Below are positions 1-33,829 of a stretch of 64,000 nt of DNA, in pieces. Under the pieces are notes generated by a model that saw nothing but the letters and a program-made list of their open reading frames with translations, made no database searches and was not told the DNA's origin. This DNA comes from Microbotryum violaceum (lineage: Eukaryota): the NCBI GenBank assembly GCA_001244265.2, contig CDLV01000007.1:2108001-2172000 (forward strand), in the 5' to 3' direction. Both the position numbers and the translations under genes were made by a program. Within the stretch, counting starts at the first letter, position 1. Each line of letters starts with the position of its first letter.

Positions 1-2
1 TC

Positions 3-5370
<5,368 letters not shown>

Positions 5371-5417
5371 CATCGGTCAAAGACGCACGCTGCCACGTGC
5401 GCCAGCGACACCCTTAA

Positions 5418-10597
<5,180 letters not shown>

Positions 10598-10736
10598 TAA
10601 CTCCGCCGCCGCACAAACCGCCTCTGCATGTGGTGCGCTAGTGATCAACACCTTCGCGCCCAATGATCCCAAGACACACCGCTCTCAATGCCTCGTTCAC
10701 AATCACCGATCCTTCGACCAACTCTGCTCCTGACTT

Positions 10737-11022
<286 letters not shown>

Positions 11023-11623
11023 TGATTGACGGACGACCAATCCAATCCGGCAACATCACCCACTTTGTCCATCTCGAAGTCCAATTCAATGGGCACACTC
11101 AGAGCCTTTGTGCTGATGTGACTCAACTCGGAACTTACCCTCTCGTCCTCGGAATGCCATGGCTCCGCCTCCACAATCCCATCATCGATTGGAAACGGAA
11201 CACTCTCGTATACTCTTGCCAATCCTGTGCTCTGGGTCATACTCAGCCCATCAATGTCTCGATTGAAGGAGCTCCTCTTGTCCCCTTGGACCACAACCAT
11301 CTTGACATCTCTTTCGCTTCAAGCTTCGCCTTTGAACGCCTCGTCAACAACAGCGATAACCATCATGGACTACTGTTCTACGACCCGGCATCCCACCAGC
11401 TCTCGTCATCAATCCCCGCCCCCTCTCAAAACACAACACCTCCTTTTGGTCCCCTCTACCCTCTCTCCGAAACTGAACTCCAAACCCTTTTTTCATGGCT
11501 CAAGGAAAACCTGTCCAAGAATTTCATCCGTGCCTCCACGTCGCCCGCAGGTGCCCCCGTCTTGTTTGTGCGCAAGAAGGATGGATTGCTTCGTCTGTGT
11601 GTGGACTACCGTGGCCTCAATAA

Positions 11624-12264
<641 letters not shown>

Positions 12265-12267
12265 TGA

Positions 12268-13508
<1,241 letters not shown>

Positions 13509-13511
13509 TGA

Positions 13512-18686
<5,175 letters not shown>

Positions 18687-18689
18687 TGA

Positions 18690-23135
<4,446 letters not shown>

Positions 23136-23270
23136 TCTCTAAGAATTCTATACACTCTACATTAGTCGCTGCTACAACAATGCCTCCTGATCCACTTGGG
23201 CTCACCTGGACACTCTACATTACTAGTCACTGAGGAGAGACTAAGAGTGCCCAGGCGCATGGGCCTTACA
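23136..23270 (-). repeat. Partial LTR of the Gypsy-B/C family, minus strand
   Basis: Reverse complement reads TGTAAGGCCCATGCGCCTGGGCACTCTTAGTCTCT...GTGTCCAGGTGAGC...GTGGATCAG, homologous to the B/C LTRs; cut off at the end of Copia-3. Confidence 0.88.
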
Positions 23271-24341
23271 CCTCCTTCTTATCCTCATCCCTCATTTGGT
23301 CTTGACTCTGACACAACTAAAGAAGAAGAAGGAGAGAGAGAGAGAAGAGCTACCAAGAGCGACTCGATATGAAGGCAGAAATATACCCCAAGTGCCGGGT
23401 TTCCCTGTCCGTCACGGACGGATGGGACACAGCGGAAAGGAGTCATTTGGAGATCTTGGCAAAGACAGTCTGATGGAAGACGACAGTTAAATAGGAGTTG
23501 ATGATGGAGTGAAACAAGGCAGTTGGAAATGGGAAGGTCCAAGCTTCAAGTTGGAATCTTGACTATGACAGATACCCAACAACACTGCCGAGCACGAAGA
23601 TCGCATTCAACTCTACCGACGGCTCGCTGAGGAAGCTGGACGAGTACACGCAAAGCTGCTTCGACTTTGCAGGAGTTGGAGGCTGATGACTGCAACCCTC
23701 CACACGGCTGGCGGAGTCCGGGATGGCCGAGGCTTTCATCGAGGCAGGCAGGTCAGTGACGGAAGGGTATTCTACATCGGGGGCTAAGCAGATGAGAGTA
23801 TGAGGAGCATGGGGCGACGGAGGCGAGCAGGCGATTTGAGGACGAATTTGTAATGTAGTACATTTGGGCATCCTAGCCCGCCCCCCTATTCCGAACCGAA
23901 TCGGCCCAATAGGGCGGTCAAAAGCAGAGCAATTTGGCCAAAGAAATATTGGCTTGGCCGAATTGACAGTTCGAGGGTGCGTATATTGCACACCATGGGA
24001 TTGGGCTCCAGCCTATTGTCCACTCCGAGTCGCCTGTTCATCAACCTCCGGTTCAAACACTCCCGCCCGCCCGTCTTCAGGCCAAGGCCATCACTTCACA
24101 TCCCGAGCATCAAACCGTTGATCAGCCTCAACCTCCCCCGCCCTGACCTTTCGCGCACCTCGTGCAATTAATTTCACACACGGCCTCACCGCGACGTCAT
24201 TCAACCGTGCTCGCGAACGACTGGTTCAACTTCGGAGTCCGTCCGCCGCCGTTCGTCAATCTTGGCTTCGGGACCCCTCATGCCCCTCAGGCACTGACCC
24301 ATACATACGTTTTCCACCTACAGGGTTCTACAAATTCAACC

Positions 24342-26736
24342 ATGTCGTATCTACTAGACTCCTTGCCCATCTCCAGTAGCGCGGGGTCGAGCGGAGAGCC
24401 GGCCCGAGCTCCTGCCCCACGAGCGGGATGTCGGAGGCGGCCGTCCAACAAAACGCCGCGCTTATCGACCTCGATTTCGGCGTCGGCCCTCTCACTTGAG
24501 GCCTTTGTCACAACAGCCACTTTCGAGGATGTTGAAACCTTGCCCAAGACGACTATCAAACCTCTCATCCTGAGATCGACAACCTCTAGCTCGACGACGA
24601 CCACGCTCGCCTCGATTGGATCCTCACCGCGATACGATCAGCCCGAGTCGAGGGCAGCGTCAAAGCCGCAGGCCTCGTCGGATGGATCGACCGAAACGGC
24701 AACGACAAATCTCCCTGTGACAATCAAGGTCAGAAGCAGCAATGGGAACAAGGGCAAAACCACCGGCCGGCCCTATTTTGTTCCTGCCGATCCTATCGCA
24801 ACATCCTCGAACCCGATCCCGTCCAAGCCACCTCGCAAACAATCGACGTCAACCGCTTCCCACGCTTCCGCCAAAGCCACCCTTCAAGCTATCGATACAA
24901 AACGACCTCCGGTCCCTAATTTGCATCGCTCGAGCTGTAACATTTTGATGCACGACCTCGTGGCTTTGATCAGCGACCTCAGATCCATCGCTGCGACGAT
25001 CGACAATCCGACGATGTCTACGGATGAGAACTCTTGCCCAACCCCAATGGCGACCAATCACGAATCATTTGACCCTGTCTCTTCTGCTGGCGTCAAAGTA
25101 GTTTCGTCGCCAAGTCGACTGAGATCGCGTACCCAGCCAATGCCGAGACCTTTGAGTGTACAGGCCCTATCTTCGACCCCACTGCGATCATCCCCAAAAC
25201 CAATCGGGCTCGTCGCGCATGACGATAAGCTGACATACTCGATCAACTCTTTACGGGGCCCCGCCAAGTCAATGACGACGATGTTGACGGAGAAGAAGAA
25301 ACGGTATGATAACGTCTCGAGGTCAACGTCGAGGGACAAGAAGCCGTCGCGGAAGAGAGAAACGCCGATCGCGCACGGATTTGCGGGCGAACCGATCGAG
25401 TACCGATCGATGCAAGAGGTGCGTTCGAGGTTAATCCTTCGTGAGAATTGTGATGCCTGTCCCTCTTCATTGCTGACTTCCAGCTTCCCCCTTGATCCAA
25501 TAGCTGCTCGAAGCCTCGGGATTTAAAGACACCCGCGTCGTCACACCTGTTTCAAAACCCAAGCAAGCAAACCAGATCCCCGACTCTTCTCTCGGGATGC
25601 CCATCCCGGGACCTTTTCCTTTCTTGACCTCGCATTCGCAAGGTAACAACGCCTCGCCGACCTTGGTCGAAGGGCTCTCGGCACCTTCGTCGCAATACTT
25701 TGGCAGCCCTTCGTCGTTGCACCCGCCTTTATCAAAGGGGCATAAACTGTCGATGCTGTCATTACGAGGTTTGTTCTCCCTCTGGAAAGCAGAGGACGAA
25801 GCCATCTCTTCGACCTCCTCACAAACCCATCCTGAAGATCGGATCCGACGCCAAGGACCTCACTCGAACGCAGCCGATTCAATCGAAGAAGGGGACCCCG
25901 TCCAACATTGCGAGTATTCGACACTATTTATAGAACGGAAAGCGCAGTTCTTGGTTAAGACACAAGCTTGGGTCGACGAAGTCGCTCGTGAGGCAGCCGC
26001 CTTGAGCATTTCCCCGGCGATGTTAAGGGCTTCTCTGCAGCCCAAATCGTTCGCTTCGATTGTAGCGCAGGAGGAGAAGGAGGAGGAAGGTCGAGGAAAC
26101 GAGGTTCTGCATGCTTTGGGGAGCGATCTGGAGATACGCAAAGAAGCATTGATGTCGTCGCGTCATGAGGGTCTGGTGATGTCGCCCTCGGCGTCGAATC
26201 ACTATCAATCGTTCGGCGTCGCCGCACTTGGAATGGAAGGTGCCAAAGCGAGGAACCACTGCCTTGACATCGAGGCCCAACTCCGAGATGCGACGACATC
26301 TGAGGACGAGGATCTCGCCTTTGTCGGCGATCGCTTACCTCGCCTACAGCATGATGATGTCCGAGTCGTCTCTGAGCGTGATGATGAATCGACGCATCCC
26401 ACACCCCGTCGCCCACAGCAGATCGCTCAAGTGTGCCCCGTGCCACTCGGCTCGAACCCAACCGAGCCCCCGACATCACTCTGGGCCTCCTTGCGAACCA
26501 AAGCATCGAATGCGATGCTTTCACTCTACACCCCCGCCGAACCACCTCTTTTCGAGGGTGGTAAAGCCGCCGAAGAAGCTCGTCGCTCCGGGGCCCCGAA
26601 AGCGATTAGGAAAGCCGTTTCGACCTCAGCTTTACAACCTGTCTTGTCGACGGGAATGCGTTTGGAAGGATTTGATGAGGGTTTTGATTGGGATCGGGCG
26701 AGGAGAAGTATTCAGGCGGTGCAGAGGGGCCCATAA
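24342..26736 (+). CDS. Hypothetical Ser/Pro/Thr-rich host protein, join(24342..25418,25504..26736), about 769 aa
   Basis: Two long ORFs joined in frame by a GTGCGT...GCTGAC...TAG intron (25419-25503), giving YRSMQELLEASGFKDTRVVTP; no transposon motifs. Confidence 0.75.
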
Positions 26737-26945
26737 GAGGAAAGATCTGTTTTTTGAACGTTGGGGGTATTACTTGGTCCATTCTTCTTGACTGTGGTAC
26801 CGTTATTTGTTGTTCCAACCAGTGGGAACCCGTTAAATTAACGGGAGGGTGAAATTCAAATAGCAGGAGAATTGAACAGTCTACATGATTTCAACAGAGG
26901 TTAAATAAACCCACTACGAAGTACAGCAAAGAAACAGTTCTTCAT

Positions 26946-28600
26946 TCACAAACAGCCTGCCCGTTGCTTGTTGCCAAAACGGTCGTCGTCGCAGAGTCGG
27001 TTTAACTTGGCTTCAAACGCTCGTGCAATGAGTTCCGGTCGGTTGCATGCTTGGTCGTTCAGTCCCAGTGCAGCCTTGATTTCAGGCCATTCGGGGTTGC
27101 ACGTCACCGTGATGAACAGCGAAGGCTTTCCGTATTTTACGACGCACGCCATCGCATCTTGGTAACGCTGAGTGTTCTCGCGCGGTCTATTCTTGAACGT
27201 TGAGCCCAAAATCACCGAACATCCAATTTGATCCGGGGTCAAGCTGATGATGCCTTGGCCCGTGGTGAGGCGGAGGTTTTCTTGATCCAACTGGAGGTAA
27301 GTTGAGTCGATCGGTCTCGACCTGGGAGTATCCGTCATCACGAACGCCAGGAAGGCACGTTGGGTGCAATGCGGGATTGAGAAGTACTCGTCGCGTTTGT
27401 GCAAGTAGTACGCAAATAACTGTGAACGCGAGACTCGCCACCTCGATCCCCTTTATTTGAGCTTCGTCCTAGGCGTTCAAACGTTCAATGTCAGTCTGTG
27501 TATGCGCCTTAACAGAATGGAACATCCGAGAAAGAGCCGAAAGGGCTTACGTTCACCATCACCATTCTCTGCGTCCCCTTCGTCCTCGTCGCGGTCTTTT
27601 GGCAAAGAGTGGCCCAATTTGGTTGAACGCGCAAAGAGGAATGTTGAGGTGGAAGCTATCTTCCTCTGCGGGGAAGAATAGTGGGTAACGGAGAGGCATC
27701 GCAGACGGATGGAGCGAGCTAACGATTTGGTACTTGGGCCGACCATCGGGACATCGATCACCGTGCACCTGGAGAATAAGGTCTTGAGGTCCACGATCTC
27801 CCGTGTTGGTGTCGGAATCGCAGATAAGCATCGCCATTTCGGTGCTCGACGTAGGAAGGTTGTGGGTGCGTCGGTCTCGGCCAGCTGATAGGCAGAGGCA
27901 CGGGACCCACTCTTTGGCCTAACCTGCGCGAGCTTTGGCCGATGCAAATTCCCTCACAAAGCGATTGCCGGTACGCAACGTAGACTCGAGCTTGGTCAAA
28001 GTAGATCTTGGTATGCGACTGTCTGCGCCGTCGGGTCCAAGTTGAGTGTCGGTGGCCTCGGCCGGGCAGATGAGCCATGTTTTGGCAAAGGTTGGGCGCT
28101 GATTGATGGCAGGAACTAGGGCGCCGAGAGTGGGCCCAGTTGATGGTAAAGGCGTCAAAAAATCCGAAACCTGGGGGGTCCTTGAGTGCCTAGTCGAGTC
28201 TGGTCAAAGTGGGCAGCGAGCGAAGTGAAGACAGCGCGTTCAACTTGTTGTACGACCGGGCATTCTCGCGGAATGCAACAGCTTCTGTGTGGGTCGAGCC
28301 GTTCAGCATGTGGGCCTACGACGGACTGGAGAGACTGACCGGTATCCGACCCTTCAAGCAGCTGTCGATACTCGGGATTGGGCCGGAGAGAGGAGGTAGC
28401 TGCACCTTGCCCTGCGAACAGCACGTGCTGTAGTGTCCGGTCGACTTCGACCTTTTGTACTCCCAGTGTCGAGCTTTGTAGTTGATACACACGGCCATCT
28501 GGGGCCAAGGTAGTCGCGGATGGGAACATGGGGCTTGAGTGGCTTGAGCTCAATTCGAGGCCTGCGCACTTGCCTCTGCGCAGGAAGAGGTGGCGGTGGG
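26946..28600 (-). mobile_element. Helitron Rep remnant (N-terminal part, frameshifted, truncated before the helicase)
   Basis: CCSQGKVQLP, PLRYPLFFP and YQDAMACVVKYGKPSLFITVTCNPEWPEI...RPELIARAFEAKL are typical Helitron Rep segments. Confidence 0.88.
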
Positions 28601-29004
28601 GCGAGCTCAGTGTCGGTTCGGCCATCGGGCCATCGCGCTGACCACGCTGTCCGTTCTACAAAGCTGTACGGCGGCGCTTATACGGCAATACCAAGATCGG
28701 TTGAGTTGTTGTCATTATGCGCGGGGAACTGATTCTGTTGATCGGAGCGGGACGAAGAGGAGAGGAGAGCAGCGGACCCAGCAGCGGGCGCTCGAGCAGG
28801 CCAGGACCTACATGCCGCCCGCATAAATTGAAGTTCTAGGGCTGGGTCACTATAATTGTTTTGGCCCTGTCACTAATAGGCGACAAAAGTCGGACCCTCG
28901 GTCACGAAGTCTATCAAATAAATAAATAAAACACTCATTATTGTCACTGTCACTTATGTCACCAGATTTTCGCCTGTCACCTGTGTCACCAGCACTCAAA
29001 TGCT

Positions 29005-29103
29005 GTCACTAATGTCACTAAGTCCAATATTTGGTCACTAATGTCACTAAGTCCAATACTTGGTCACTGATGTAACTAAGTCCAATATTTGGTCACTAAT
29101 GTA
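29005..29103. repeat. 29-bp tandem repeat, about 3.3 copies (subterminal)
   Basis: Unit GTCACTAATGTCACTAAGTCCAATATTTG at 29005, 29034, 29063 and partial at 29092. Confidence 0.9.
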
Positions 29104-29340
29104 GCTGAAAATGTTGTACATCGGAGGACTAGGTCGTTGACATCGGCTACGATCATGTTTGTCGCTTTGAGGTTCGGTTATTGGGATGCGGATAGGGAAT
29201 CGAAGAAGCATCCAGACATTGCCACGAGTAAATGGTGCAATTACCAATTACGCGCGCGCGTTTACCCCCGAAGCTTGACCCATCTACCCAGGAAGTAAGG
29301 TGCAAAGTTCACTTGCAAATGGTGCATTCTTCGCGCACCT

Positions 29341-29523
29341 CAGCTTTTCTGGCCTTTTGGCTTAGACCAAGTGTAGTATCTGTTCTTATCAGTTTTGATT
29401 ACTGATCGTTGTCCACGAACAACATCCAATCAAATCTTATCTTTCATTGCCAGGGTGTTCAGTTCTTGGGCTTGCCCTCCTGCCTCCCAAGATGTCCGTG
29501 CTATCTCACTTCCAGCACGGTAC
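29341..29523 (+). ncRNA. U2: U2 snRNA-derived sequence (full length, probably non-functional as an snRNA)
   Basis: GGCCTTTTGGCTTAGACCAAGTGTAGTATCTGTTCTTATCAG matches the conserved U2 5' region including the branch-site pairing GTAGTA. Stem IIa ATCAG/CTGAT, stem III tip GGGCTTGCCC, stem IV CCGTGCT/AGCACGG. Sm site and loop IV are degenerate. Confidence 0.85.
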
Positions 29524-32500
29524 GTCAGTGGCGCCATTTTGTCTCAAGCCCTCCTGGACTTGATTTTTCACACTCGAGGGATAGCCTATTGGCCCCGACG
29601 ACCGCGCCTAACTCCACGCATGAACAACCGCAACAATAACGACACCAGCAATGCCACCCCCGGTGCTATAGCACCTAATTGTCCTCCCGACCCCACCGGC
29701 GTCACCGCCACCGCCCAAACCAGGTCGTACTCCGCGGCCGTCTCCGCCCGTTCCCATGCGAAGACCAACGCCACCCCCGCCACCGCGACCACTGTCGCCT
29801 CCCACCCGATGATTCACAACATCGCCAACTGTGTAATCATCAAGACCCCTCCCGCAACCACCTCCGAGAAAGTGCTCTCAGCACTCGATCACCACTACCC
29901 GTCCCTTGCAGGCGCCATGCCCTGCGTCATCAAGGGACAACACGGCATCCGATTCCCTAAGGACGCTGACATCGCCGGCCGGGTCGCGAATGGTCTGACT
30001 GTTGGAAAGACCTTGTGCCAAGTCGAGAAACTATTCTCAGCCACTACTGGTGTAATTCAATGCACCCTCTCTGGCTTCTTCTCCGATGTAGAGGCCTCCG
30101 CCTCTTTGACGAGCAGATTGCCGAGGCAAGGTCCTCCTTCGCCGCACTCATTACATCGGCAAGACTAGGCACATCTCTGGGGTGTATGACTTTGTTCTTG
30201 CCCTTGAGGACCCAAACAAATTGCCTCCTGCGTCCATCTCCATTGTACGTGACGGCGTGACCGAGCGAATCCCGCTCAGGATCACCGGTGGCATGCGCCA
30301 CTGTGTTTTCTGCCGTTCCGCGGCCCATGTCCGTAAGGACTGCCCTGTCGCCCCGGCGTGCAAGTCGTGCGCAAGCACCTCGCACGCCAGCCAGCATTGC
30401 CCGGGCCGGCGCCTCGCGTCGAGCCCCCAGGGCACTCCCGAGTCACGTCCAGCGCAAGCCTCCACCGTGACCAAAGCCCCCCCGGCCTCCAAGTCGATCC
30501 CTGCAGCACCCGCGCCCGACCGCGCGTCGAAGACCAAAAAACGTCGAGTGGACCCTGACCAGGACCTGGCTGCCCAGCCTCAAGATCCATCCAACAGGGC
30601 TCAGCCCGAACCCCTGTCGGAGACTCCTCGCCCCGAGTTCTCCTTCAATTTACCCCCCAACTCCGCCCCCCTGCCCGCCTCCAACCAGGGAACTGCCCCT
30701 CCCCTCGTTGAAAAATCCTCCGAGTCCCCCAGCTCGGAGACGACCCCTCCGCCCCCAAGCCCTCCCCCGGCCACGCCAACGCCAAAGATGATTGTCACTC
30801 GTTCCCAGTCGATTGCCGTCCTATCCACGCCAGCCACTCGTGACGACCCTCCCACTACGCCTGCCCCCGAAGCCTCCGAGCCAACCCCCCGGCCCCCCTC
30901 GCTGTTGCCCTCAGCCGCGCCCAAAGCCTGACCCAATGCCACCGACGCCGACGAAGATGCCAACGAAGAAGCCAAAGACCAAGAAGCACCCCCCAAGGAC
31001 GCGGACGACGCTATGGAGCAACATGATGAGCACAACTAAGATCCCAAATGTGTCTTTTGTTGCTGCCAATGTGCAGTCTATCAATGAAAATCGTAAGCGT
31101 GCCTCTCTTTTCTCCAATCTCTGCTCCCATAATGCCGATGTCTTTCTCCTGAGCGAAACGGGCCAACCTTCCCCGGAAAGGGTCGCCAGTGGACTCAGGA
31201 GTGCCAAGACTTAAAGCTCCCCGCTCTTTTTACTCCTCTCAACAACACTGCCATACTCTGGAAGAGCGACTCCGTGGTCATCACTATTGATCCCGAGTCA
31301 CCTCCCAACACTCTTCGCCTTTTTCTCTTTCCCGGACCGAGTCACCGACGCCACCTTTCGTGTGGGAGACTCAAAAATCCGGGTTGTATCAATATACGCG
31401 CCTTCCTCCGACAAGCCAGACAAAAAGTGTTTCCTCTCACATCTCAGCACCGCCCTCCGACAAGTCGTGCGCGACGACCCCTCGCTGCCTGCGCTCCTAG
31501 TCAGGGGGGGGGGACTGGAATTGTGTTGAGTCCCAACCCCTCGATTCGGAGAACCAAAATGGGACAAATTATGGGGGCCAGGAGATGCGCGACCTTGCCA
31601 CGGCCAACAACCTCTTTGACGTCTATCGGCTCCACCATCCCAAAGGACGAGCCACGACAAATCGCTCAGCGCCCGGCACGTGCCACCGCCTTGACCGCAT
31701 TTATGTCTCGCCTGATTGGGTCGACCTCTTCCATGACCACAAAATCTGGGCTCCTGTCCTCAAATCGACGCACTCGATAGTGGTGGCGCGGTTCCAAGTG
31801 CCAGGCGCAATCGACATTGGTCCGGGCTGGGTTTGCACGTGATCGAAGGCGACGCGACCTGCGAGTACCTCATTTCCACTGTCCAGACCCTCTACAATGA
31901 AGCCCTCCTCCAGACGCCCGACGACCCATCAGCAGCTTGGACGTCCACCAAACAACACTTGCTGCCCGAGCTTCAGGCTCTGGCTCGCACACTTGCCCGC
32001 TTCCGACGTGGAGGATCGAAGGAGAAGGCAGATCACTCGCGCTACGGTGCGGCTTTGTGGTCCCGCATTGATCCTTCCCTCGCGGGCCCATCTTCCATCT
32101 TCATCCGCCTACGCAAAGTGCGCGCATCCGACCTCATCCCTTCCCTCTCGGTCAACAATGTCGTCCACTCCGACCCCGACTCGAGGCCGCGAACGAGGTT
32201 AATGACGTGGGCGTCGGGCGGCGGCCGTTCGCGCTCGGACCCATTCTCAGCGTTCGGCTGACTCGGCCGCATGGGAACAAACGAAAAGGTGGTCGCGTCC
32301 ATGGAATTTCGAACAAAGGAAGAAAAAAGAAAAGGAAAGAGGAAGAAAAGTGTCTAATCGATGGTGGCGCTTGATTAATCGAGCGAGCTTTTTACCTATT
32401 CCTTTATTTCCTTTTTATTTTATTTATTTTTATTTTTATTTTTAGAAAAGCGCAAAATAAAATAAATAAAAATAAAAACAGGAAATAATGGCCTTTTTCC

Positions 32501-32998
32501 TCAAAGATGAAAAGCAGCTTTTTTTTTCTAGTTTTTGTCTAGACAAGAGAAAAAGGCAATATGATCAAGGTAGCAGAGCGTCTAGTACTCTTTTCTTTTT
32601 CTTTTTCTTTTTCTTTTCTTTTTCTTTTTCTTTTTCCTCGCGCGCTTATTTTCGAAATAAAAACAGAAAAGAGTCGGGAGTGATTTATTGTTTTTTGCAA
32701 GATCTGTCCAACAGAGCTCAGCCCGATTCTCTGTCGAAGAATGCCCGCCCCGAGTTCTACTTTATTCGCGATTTTGTCGGGGTTCGAGTCACTGAAGAGG
32801 CGGGTGTCCGAAGGTGTGATGGCTTGGACGCGTCGAGTCGCGCCTCGTCACACTCGCCGAGACGCCCGCTGTTCCGACGCCCGCCTTTGCTGTAGTTGAC
32901 CTTGACGCTCTGGACAGGTCGATCTGGTGTGGTTTCGAAGTCGTGTATCTTGCTTTCGTGCGCTCTCCTTTTTCCTACAGAAAAAAGACAAAAACTGG

Positions 32999-33043
<45 letters not shown>

Positions 33044-33788
33044 CGCCCGCAGGCCGGCGCTCGCTGCGCCAACAAACCGCAGTAGCGCCCAGATTGTCGG
33101 CGAGCTTCAAGCGGCCGTGGCATCTTTTCACAGCGAGCCACTGCACGTTCCATCGAGTGGATCTTTTAAACTCTTCTCTTACTTTTCGAATAAGCCAAGT
33201 TATTACTATTATCTAGTCCTAAAAATAAAAGATGAATGAAGTAGTTAATGCAGAGACAAACTAGTACTAGACATAATCGGATTTGAACCGACACAGTGTG
33301 TAACTTATGCCATAGGACAAACCATACTTATATAATAATAAACCTCTACTAGACTGGCCCCTCAGGCAAGTAAATATGTTATTCTCTCTGTTCATTCCCT
33401 TAGGTTATTGGCCTTTTATTTTCATCCTGACTCTTTAGTTTTCCGCCAGATCCAACAAACCAGCAGTATTTAGCGGAATTGAAGTACTTGCATATTACGT
33501 AGATAAGTAAACAATTATTGTACTCGCCCGACTCTTGTTCCCATCACTTTAGATTTTTTTATCTCAGCCCGACTCTTTTTCTTTTCGTCGCCCATTTTTC
33601 GTCTTTTTTGCTTTAGCAAAAAGCAGCCCCGCTGCTTTTCCTTTTTTGTCTAAAAAAACTAAAGATGAAAAAGGCGCTTATTTTTATTTTTTTGTCCTGG
33701 ACAAAAACAGCATATTTTTTATTTTTATTTTTTGCCTTAGCAAAAAGCGCAAAAATATGCTGCTGCTGCGAGACAATTTCTAAAATAG

Positions 33789-33829
<41 letters not shown>

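Noticed and set aside
23300-23991. Possible small gene or exon between the nest and the host gene
   Set aside because: Short frames on both strands, no motif and no convincing start.
29005-29103. 29-bp repeats as a CRISPR array
   Set aside because: Head-to-tail with no unique spacers, eukaryotic context, no cas genes.
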